Shown: piece after piece, positions 14,165 to 21,126 of the stretch
Numbering within the stretch: position 1 is the stretch's first letter
How the letters are laid out: each line of letters starts with the position of its first letter
Source: Woeseiaceae bacterium
GTDB lineage: Bacteria; Pseudomonadota; Gammaproteobacteria; Steroidobacterales; Woeseiaceae
DNA: 29,468 nucleotides
Reading direction: 5' to 3'
NCBI GenBank assembly: GCA_041598895.1
Contig: JBFHXQ010000001.1
Coordinates: 1 to 29,468, forward strand
Position numbers and translations under genes: made by a program
Notes under the pieces: generated by a model
What the model saw: the letters and a program-made list of their open reading frames with translations, nothing else
What the model was told of the DNA's origin: nothing
The model's database searches: none

Positions 14165-15646
14165 TCAGGCGGACCGGGCCTTCGCCGCGCCTTTCTTGCC
14201 GCGCTTCTTCCGGCCTGCCGGCGCCTTTTGTTCGACGCTCGCCGCGCCGAGCAGCTCTTCGAATGAGTCCCGAAGGCAGCTCACGAAAAACGCGATGTCC
14301 GGCATGATCTCGCGCGTCGAGGTAACGCCAAAGGTCATTTCCCCGTTATAGCTCGGCGTCGCAATGAACAGCCCCATACCGTTGTTCAGCGGCGCCATGC
14401 CGAAGTTCGTAATCTGCAGCGCACCGTTCATGTACATCGGCACCTGCGGACCCGGCACGTTCGAGATGAACAGGTTGCAGACGCGCGGGCCCGTGCCGAC
14501 GCGCGACACGAGCCGGCCTGCGAGTGCCTGCGTCGCGGACGGCACGTGGCGGCTCAGGTCGGTCATCAGTCGTGCCGAGATGCCGGACTTCGCCTCCTTG
14601 GTCGCCTGCGTCGTTTCCCGAATCGCCGCCAGCCGTTCGATCGGGTCTTCGACATCGGTATGAATCGAGGTCGTCATCGCCGTAATGTTGTTTCCAGGAG
14701 CCTCGTCGCTCGAGCCCGGTCTGCGGGCGTTTATCGGCACCCATGCGACCAGCGGCTCGTCCGGCAATTCGTCGTGGGCCACAAGGTATTTGCGCAAACC
14801 GCCTGCGCAAACCGCGAGCACGACGTCGTTGATCGTAGCCCCGGACACGGCCTGCCGGATCTGCTTGAAACCCGCCAGCGGGAACCGCGCCCCGTCAAAC
14901 ATCTTGTGTGGCGACACCTCGCGATTGAAACGGGTTTTCGGCACGTCGGACCTGTCGTCGTCGCCCGACCCCAGGTTTTTCTTCACCGCGTCGAACACCA
15001 CCGGCGTCGCTCGCAGAAGCATGGTGCCCATACGCACCGGGGAGGTGGCGTTGGCGACGATTCCCCGCCTCAGCATGGTTACAAACGAAGGCTCGTCGTA
15101 GATATTCATGTGCATCGACGAAATATCGACGGCCGGAGTGCCGTTCGCGTCGATGTCCATGATCGCCGCAAAGAACTGGTTGGCCGATGCGCCGTCGACT
15201 GCCACGTGGTGGATCTTCGTGCCGAGTGCATAGCTTCCCTTCGGTACGCCCTCGACGTTATCGAGCCCCTCGACAACGTACATCTCCCAGGGCGGCCGAT
15301 TCATGTCGAGTGGCCGCGAGTGATAGCGCGCCATATGGATACACAGCTGCCGCCAGTCGCCCGGGTGTGGCAGCCGCGCATGCCGCATGTGGTATTCGAG
15401 ATCGAAAAATTCGTCATCGACCCAGTACGGATAGTCCAGCTCGAAGGGCACGTGCACGAGGCGTCGCTTGAACAGCGGTGACGTGTGCAGCCGACTCTCG
15501 ACGTGCGCGATGATGTCCTTGAAGCGGACCTGGCCGCCGGGTGCCGTCGACGGATCGAATATTCCGAAGCCGGTAACGTGGGTCAGGTTATTGCCCGTTT
15601 CCATATACAGAAACGCGGCATCCTGAGCTTTCAGCTGTTGTAACAA
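14165..15646 (-). CDS. Wax ester synthase / diacylglycerol acyltransferase (WS/DGAT), 493 aa
   Basis: QDAAFLYME, RPLDMNRPPWEMYVVEGL, HHVAVDG (HHxxxDG), ATINDVVLAVCAGGLRKYL, NLFISNVPGP; GAGGAG RBS 6 nt before TTG. Confidence 0.95.
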   Translation of the reverse strand: MLQQLKAQDAAFLYMETGNNLTHVTGFGIFDPSTAPGGQVRFKDIIAHVESRLHTSPLFKRRLVHVPFELDYPYWVDDEFFDLEYHMRHARLPHPGDWRQLCIHMARYHSRPLDMNRPPWEMYVVEGLDNVEGVPKGSYALGTKIHHVAVDGASANQFFAAIMDIDANGTPAVDISSMHMNIYDEPSFVTMLRRGIVANATSPVRMGTMLLRATPVVFDAVKKNLGSGDDDRSDVPKTRFNREVSPHKMFDGARFPLAGFKQIRQAVSGATINDVVLAVCAGGLRKYLVAHDELPDEPLVAWVPINARRPGSSDEAPGNNITAMTTSIHTDVEDPIERLAAIRETTQATKEAKSGISARLMTDLSRHVPSATQALAGRLVSRVGTGPRVCNLFISNVPGPQVPMYMNGALQITNFGMAPLNNGMGLFIATPSYNGEMTFGVTSTREIMPDIAFFVSCLRDSFEELLGAASVEQKAPAGRKKRGKKGAAKARSA

Positions 15647-15703
15647 GTGCTTCTCCTCGAAAACGAGCGGGCGAGCGTCTCTCGAAAACTTACGCCCGAT
15701 AAT

Positions 15704-18043
15704 TCACGCTGCGACCGTCGCCAGCGAACGTATCCGCGTCATTCGGCGCGCCAGCTCCGCGGAGTCTGCTGCAGCGACGCGGCGCAGCTCCCCGTTCGCC
15801 GGATTGCCTGCTCCGGTCAATCCCATGTGACTGAGCTGGCGATAACCGTTCGCGAACAGCACCTTCGAGATCGACGCGCTGTTGCTGATCCGGCCCTGCA
15901 GCCGCCGCTGCTGGCCGAGCTTCAGGCTGCGAGACACGCAGTCCTTCTCGTCGATTCCCTCGTCGGGCTCCAGGCCCTGCACGATGTCGGCGACCACACC
16001 GTATGCCTCGACATACGGCAGCAGCGTCGCATGCGCTACCAGGGGGCGCATTTCTGCAAGAAAAGCCGCCGCGGATTCGCCGCCCGGAGCAATTCTTGCC
16101 TCCCAATCCGGCGCATATCTGGCGAGCTCCTCTTCGAGCTGGCGACGAAACTCGGCTTTCGCCGCATAAAAGAATTCGAACTTGAAGATATCACGCAAGC
16201 GTTCGGTCTCCTGCCAGAAGGCGTCCATGCCGCCAGCATCGTCCAGGTTCGTCGCACCGGCCAGGGCAAGTTCCAGTATTGCTTTGTTGACGAAATAGTG
16301 AACGATCGTGTTTCGATAATAGCCCGCCGTGGCGTAGCCGTCCTCCGGAATGCCGTACACCGTCTCCGGGCCCTCGTCATAGCGCATGACCAGGCCCCGC
16401 GCGATCGTGATGCGCGCGAGTCTTACGACCTGCCGGTCCCGGCGTTTTTCGAAATAATCGGCCATGCGGACGTTGCGAACCCGCAGCCAGTCGACCAGCG
16501 ATCGAACCTCGTCGCGGAATTCCTCGAAGGTCAATGCCCTGGGGGCGGCGCCGAGCAATGCCATGCAGGCGAGCGAAGCGAACGTAACGGGCGTGACATC
16601 GTTGACGCGAACGGCAACCTCGAACGCGATTTTCGGAACGTCGACATCGTTGACGTGCGGGACAGCGCCCTTTACGACCACCGGCTTGCAGAAATCCAGG
16701 TACACGCGACCCTTCGGAGCGCGGAGTTTGCGAATATAGCCCAGGAACCAGCCGAAGCTTTCGGGCCGTTTCGAAGCACCGGCCTCCTCCAGCGCGTATT
16801 CGGCCGCCTCGCCGATCAGGTCGTAGCTAATCGATACGGGGATGAAGTGCAGATCGGTCGTCCCGGTCGCATGCGCGGCTTCGAGGACGTACTTGATCAT
16901 GCCGTAACGCGGCGGCATCAGCTTGCCGACCCGCGACCTCGTGCCTTCGAATGCCCAGCTGAACGGAAAGCGTTTCTCCATCAGGTAGCCGAGATAGTGC
17001 CGAAACACCAGCTTGTACACCGGGTTGTCGGCAAACGTCCGGCGTATATAGATGACGCCGGAGCGGCGACCGAGCGTGCCAAGGCCGAAAAACGCCATGT
17101 TGATGCCGCCGAAGGAATGCGGCGCCGGCAGATCGTTCTCGTACAGGATGGACAGCACGGCCATGCCGTCGACGTGAGACTTGTGCGACCACAGCAGGGC
17201 CGTCGGATTGTCACGCATGATTGCTCGCGTGCGCTCGACGTCGTCGGGATCGGTCACGATGTCCTTCTCGTAACCGAGCGACACGATTCTGCGGGTTACA
17301 GCCCCCATCCAGTCGATGAAAAACGGATTCGGCTGCGCGATCATCTCCTTCATGTAGCGATCGGCTTCCTCACGCAGCGCAGCAACTGGCCGGCCGAGTT
17401 CCGCGGCCAGTTTTTCCAGCGCCTCGCTGAACTGCGGGCTCGCCCGCAGGCTTTCGGCGACGTAACGCGGAACCTTGTAGCGATTGCCCTTGAGGCGCCG
17501 CTCGGCAACGTCGAGCGCCAGACCCGCCTGGCGCAGCACGAACGCCGCGAACTTGTCGCGCGCCCCGGCAGCGTCCGTGGGAACGGCAAGGCTCTCGAAC
17601 CGGTCGCGCAGCTCGTGAAGCGTGGCAGACGCGCCCACGATACAGTGCGCCCGTCCGGGATCCATTTTCAGAATTGCGCGTGCCGCGAGTTTGCCGGGAT
17701 GCCTCGAATCGCCAAGAAACAGGTCGCGCAGCCGCGGCGTGTTGCGCCGGGCCGATTCACGCGGCAGCCAGACGACGCGCGCCGGCACCACGCGCGTCTC
17801 GCCGGCACCCTCCAGCTTGTCCGGCAGCTCCCCGAGCTTAAGCCGTCCCTTCACGCCGAAAAGAATGGGCAAAACCACCGCGTCGACAGACTGTTCCTGC
17901 TGCGCAGTTGATTGGCGCGTATCTTTGACCCAGCTCTCGAGCAGCTCCTGCTCCACGCTGTGACTTGCGTCCAGGAGAAAGAGGACCGGCCCTGCCGACA
18001 CATCGGGCAGGGGATTCGTGACGGAGTCGAGTTTCGCTGCCAC
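15704..18043 (-). CDS. plsB: Glycerol-3-phosphate acyltransferase (PlsB, resembling mycobacterial PlsB2), 779 aa
   Basis: HKSHVD (HxxxxD), FGGINM, IYIRR, FEGTRSRVGKL, PVSISYD, YYRNTIVHYFV; the N-terminal extension resembles PlsB2. Confidence 0.9.
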   Translation of the reverse strand: MAAKLDSVTNPLPDVSAGPVLFLLDASHSVEQELLESWVKDTRQSTAQQEQSVDAVVLPILFGVKGRLKLGELPDKLEGAGETRVVPARVVWLPRESARRNTPRLRDLFLGDSRHPGKLAARAILKMDPGRAHCIVGASATLHELRDRFESLAVPTDAAGARDKFAAFVLRQAGLALDVAERRLKGNRYKVPRYVAESLRASPQFSEALEKLAAELGRPVAALREEADRYMKEMIAQPNPFFIDWMGAVTRRIVSLGYEKDIVTDPDDVERTRAIMRDNPTALLWSHKSHVDGMAVLSILYENDLPAPHSFGGINMAFFGLGTLGRRSGVIYIRRTFADNPVYKLVFRHYLGYLMEKRFPFSWAFEGTRSRVGKLMPPRYGMIKYVLEAAHATGTTDLHFIPVSISYDLIGEAAEYALEEAGASKRPESFGWFLGYIRKLRAPKGRVYLDFCKPVVVKGAVPHVNDVDVPKIAFEVAVRVNDVTPVTFASLACMALLGAAPRALTFEEFRDEVRSLVDWLRVRNVRMADYFEKRRDRQVVRLARITIARGLVMRYDEGPETVYGIPEDGYATAGYYRNTIVHYFVNKAILELALAGATNLDDAGGMDAFWQETERLRDIFKFEFFYAAKAEFRRQLEEELARYAPDWEARIAPGGESAAAFLAEMRPLVAHATLLPYVEAYGVVADIVQGLEPDEGIDEKDCVSRSLKLGQQRRLQGRISNSASISKVLFANGYRQLSHMGLTGAGNPANGELRRVAAADSAELARRMTRIRSLATVAA

Positions 18044-18054
18044 TCGCCTGAGCC

Positions 18055-18201
18055 CTAACCGGTATCCGGAGTCACGCTTTTCCCGTTGCCGGCCGCGGCG
18101 CGCTTCTTCCCGGGCCGCTTGCTGCCCGTGGCCACGCTTTTCTTCGCGGGTCGCTTCGGCCCCTCTGCTGCCCGTTTCTTCGCGGGTTTCTTGCGCGCAG
18201 T
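18055..18201 (-). repeat. Three K[KR]P[AG]KK units encoding a histone-like tail
   Basis: KKPAKKRAA / KRPAKKSVA / KRPGKKRAA at the C-terminus of HAD-PlsC. Confidence 0.8.
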
Positions 18202-19641
18202 CGCAACGCCGTCATCGCGCTGCCCCAGCGCCTTCAGGTACATCGCACGCACGTCTGCAACATGCTCGTCCAGCGTTTCACGTGTCCATGCACTCGTGTC
18301 GACGGGCGGCAGCACTTCGACCTCGACGGTTGCCCGGCGATAGACGAATTCACCCTTCGGGGCAACGTCGATGGCATTGTGAATCACGATCGGCACGATC
18401 GGCACGCCGGCCTGCATGGCGAGGTGGAACGCACCCTTTTTGAACGGGCCGACTTTGGGGGACACGGTACGGGTCCCTTCGGGCGCAATGAGCACCGATT
18501 TCTTCTGCTTGCGAATGACGTCGACCAGCGGCCTCATCGCCTCGATCGCACTCGACGTGTTGTCGCGATCGATCAGCACCGAACCACCGAATTCCGCAAT
18601 TTTCTTCATCAGCGGAAACTTGCCGATCTCCGCCTTGCCAACGCTCGCAATGTCCTTGCGCAGCAGCTTTGTCGTGATGATCATGTCGGCCTTGCTCTGG
18701 TGATTGAAGATGAACACGGCCGGGCGCTGCTCCCAGAGATAGCGCTCGCCCGTAACGTTCATTTCGAGGCCGACGAGAGCGCTCGCGACATCTGCGAACA
18801 GAGACGCCGAAAAATTCTGGGCCTCCCGTTTCGATCCGCTCAGCGCCCAGATTGGCAGCGCCGCCGCGTACACCGGGATGAGGCTCATGTCGGCAGCGAA
18901 CGCGCGCAGGTAGTCAGCCGCGGCGGGCCGGCTGCGGCTCTTGAAGCGGCGCACGGGCCAGCCGCGTTCCTCCGCGATTGCGGCGAGCTTCGAGTTCGGG
19001 TTCAGGGGTTGCGGATGGCCGACGCTCTCGAGCAGCTCGATATCGTCGTCGCTGTCCGTATAGAAAAAACTCTGCTCGAGATCGACGCCCCGTTCTGCCG
19101 CCAGCGTTTCGGCGGCGATGACCTTGCCCTCGCCCCAGCAAAGCGGCCTTACTATGTCGCCGGTGAACTCGCCGTTTGCGACCTCGAGACGACTGCACAG
19201 GACGTGCTCGATATCCAGGTCGCGAGCCGCCGGTGCAACCTGATACGGCGTTGCCGACGAGACGATTGCAACCGTGTGACCCTTGTCGAGGTGAGCTTTT
19301 ACGAGCGCCCGCGACTCAGGATAGATGAGCCGCGCAATTTGTTTTTCGTAGACCTCCTCGCCGAATTCGACGTAGTCGTCCTCGGGGATACCCTTCATCA
19401 GTTTCGCGCTCGCCGACATCAGCCCGGAGAAGCCGATCTTGCGGAGGCTGAAACTGCCGATCGTCGAAACCGTTTCGACGAAGTCGCTGACCGACATTTT
19501 TCCCTGCTTGATCTGTTCCTTGAAAAACTCGGTCGCGGAGAATCCGGCCATTAGCGTACCGTCGAAATCGAAAAATGCACCGATCTCGGGGCCATCCGGC
19601 GCTTTTCGAATCGAACGCGTTACATCGGCATACAAGGCCAT
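18055..19641 (-). CDS. plsC: Bifunctional HAD-IB hydrolase / 1-acylglycerol-3-phosphate acyltransferase with a basic C-terminal tail, 528 aa
   Basis: HAD motifs DFDGT, IVSSAT, GEGK and YTDSDDD; AGPAT motifs NHQSKAD, PEGTR and FKKGAFH. Confidence 0.92.
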   Translation of the reverse strand: MALYADVTRSIRKAPDGPEIGAFFDFDGTLMAGFSATEFFKEQIKQGKMSVSDFVETVSTIGSFSLRKIGFSGLMSASAKLMKGIPEDDYVEFGEEVYEKQIARLIYPESRALVKAHLDKGHTVAIVSSATPYQVAPAARDLDIEHVLCSRLEVANGEFTGDIVRPLCWGEGKVIAAETLAAERGVDLEQSFFYTDSDDDIELLESVGHPQPLNPNSKLAAIAEERGWPVRRFKSRSRPAAADYLRAFAADMSLIPVYAAALPIWALSGSKREAQNFSASLFADVASALVGLEMNVTGERYLWEQRPAVFIFNHQSKADMIITTKLLRKDIASVGKAEIGKFPLMKKIAEFGGSVLIDRDNTSSAIEAMRPLVDVIRKQKKSVLIAPEGTRTVSPKVGPFKKGAFHLAMQAGVPIVPIVIHNAIDVAPKGEFVYRRATVEVEVLPPVDTSAWTRETLDEHVADVRAMYLKALGQRDDGVATARKKPAKKRAAEGPKRPAKKSVATGSKRPGKKRAAAGNGKSVTPDTG

Positions 19642-19742
19642 TGGTTTTGTCCCATCGAATGTGCCGCCGCCCTAACCGGGCTACGACGTTTTTTTATATT
19701 TTCCCCTGCGCCGCGCGGGTCGACCGCAGGGGCCGCGCGCCG

Positions 19743-20873
19743 CTAGCCGGCGCGTGCCTCTCTCTCTTGTTGAGTTCGCGCAGCGCTGTCGCTCTCGCTG
19801 TGACGGCACATAAACTTCGCTGCCTCGTCCAGAGCCTCTTCCGCGTCGGGAAGCAGGTGTGCATACATCTGGAACACGTGCACCATGCCCGGCCAGGTCT
19901 GCAGCTCGACCGGCGAACCGGCGCTTCGCGCCTTGTTCACGTAGCGACGAGCGTCATCCAGCAGCATTTCACAGTCGCTCGCTTGCACGAGCGTCGGCGG
20001 CAGTCCGCCTAAATCACCGAAAAGCGGCGACACGAGCGGATCACTCGGGTTACTGCGCCCGAGCAGCCAGCCGAGCAGCGCCTTCAGCGTCACGGGCAGC
20101 CGTGCGAACGGGCCCAATGCAGGTCCCAGCAGCAGGTCAGTGGCTATGTTCTTGCGAAAGCTCGTGCCGGACAAGGTCGAGTCGGTCGACGGCGAAAACG
20201 CGACGACGGCATCGGCCGGGCGCGTGCCCACGTCGCGCGCCCACGCAGACAGCATCAGCGTCAGGTTCCCCCCGGCGGAATCGCCGGCGACGAAGAGGCG
20301 CCGTGCCTCGCGCGTACCGTCAGGCCGGTTGTCGAGCAGCCAGCGATACGCCGCCTGGCAATCGGCGATGGACGCATTGCGCCGATGCTCCGGCATCAGC
20401 CGGTAATCGATGGAGAGCACGGAGACACCCGAGCGCTTGCCGAGCGCCGCTGTGAGCATGCGCGAACTCGTCGGGCTGCCGGCGTAGAAGCCGCCGCCGT
20501 GGATGTAGAGCAGGCGCCGGTCAGGGTCCGAGTTCGGCGCGAGCACCCATTCGGCACGCACGCCCGCGGCGTCCGCCGGCGTAACGGTGACGCCGAGCTC
20601 CTCCGGCGAGACCGGCGCCCCGAACAGGCCCTCGTCCATGAGGCGCCGAAGCACCTCGACCTGGCGTGACCGGGGAACCTCCTGGACGCGGGCCACCATG
20701 GTATCGACGCGCGCCGCAAGTTCCCCGGTGCCGGGACCCGGCTCGCTGCGGCCGCCGACGTTGGGAACCACGGGCTGATCGAAGCGTGAGTGGTCCGGTC
20801 CGCACAGGAACACCCTGACGGCAAGCCACAGGCTCGCGATCAGCAACAGCGTAATCGTCAAAAACATCAGCAT
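19743..20873 (-). CDS. Alpha/beta hydrolase (HSL/family IV esterase) with an N-terminal membrane anchor, 376 aa
   Basis: HGGG oxyanion motif, GDSAG nucleophile, LLDD and MVHVFQ catalytic Asp/His regions; the first 23 residues are hydrophobic. Confidence 0.9.
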   Translation of the reverse strand: MLMFLTITLLLIASLWLAVRVFLCGPDHSRFDQPVVPNVGGRSEPGPGTGELAARVDTMVARVQEVPRSRQVEVLRRLMDEGLFGAPVSPEELGVTVTPADAAGVRAEWVLAPNSDPDRRLLYIHGGGFYAGSPTSSRMLTAALGKRSGVSVLSIDYRLMPEHRRNASIADCQAAYRWLLDNRPDGTREARRLFVAGDSAGGNLTLMLSAWARDVGTRPADAVVAFSPSTDSTLSGTSFRKNIATDLLLGPALGPFARLPVTLKALLGWLLGRSNPSDPLVSPLFGDLGGLPPTLVQASDCEMLLDDARRYVNKARSAGSPVELQTWPGMVHVFQMYAHLLPDAEEALDEAAKFMCRHSESDSAARTQQEREARAG

Positions 20874-20917
20874 GGTGGCGACAGGGCCTCCTTCGGCAGC
20901 GCCTCGAAGTTCAATAT

Positions 20918-20933
20918 GCGTAGAATTCTATGC
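20918..20933. promoter_or_regulatory. Palindrome GCG-TAGAATTCTA-TGC in the divergent esterase/TBDR region
   Basis: 10-bp perfect core with near-symmetric flanks; contains TAGAAT on both strands. Confidence 0.4.
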
Positions 20934-20993
20934 GAATAATGCCATGTTTTTGTAGTCTTAACGGCATGAAATGGCCTTAATTCGCAAAAATTA

Positions 20994-21022
20994 TTGACTG
21001 AAACTGCGATTTAGGTGATATT
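20994..21022 (+). promoter_or_regulatory. Putative sigma70 promoter for the TonB-dependent receptor
   Basis: TTGACT (20994-20999), 17 nt, GATATT (21017-21022), about 105 nt upstream of the start. Confidence 0.5.
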
Positions 21023-21126
21023 CCGCAGTCAAACCGGGGCTGCTGCCGGCCGACCGTTCCTACACTATATATTAAGGTCGGCACCCGCGTTCCCGAACGG
21101 ACCGACCTTCCACGATGGGGGAAACC

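Noticed and set aside
15656-15689. Direct repeat CTCGAAAAC x2 between plsB and WS/DGAT
   Set aside because: Only two 9-mers, one adjoining the RBS, with no other copies noticed; not distinguishable from chance.
15647-17911. 754-aa antisense ORF opposite plsB (also 25090-26778, 6449-7702, 18262-19554, 3022-4092 and similar)
   Set aside because: Shadow ORFs expected opposite high-GC genes with strong codon bias; no motifs or RBS.
19689-19732. Hairpin CCCCTGCG/CGCAGGGG next to a T-run as the esterase terminator
   Set aside because: On the transcribed minus strand the hairpin is followed by As, not Us, and the loop is 14 nt; more likely a promoter A-tract or processing site.
20871-20879. Perfect Kozak-like GCCACCATG at the esterase start
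   Set aside because: Chance in GC-rich DNA; an AGGAGG SD lies upstream and nothing indicates eukaryotic origin.
20874-21126. Fur box or KstR/KstR2 boxes in promoter regions
   Set aside because: No convincing match seen by eye in this or the other intergenic regions.
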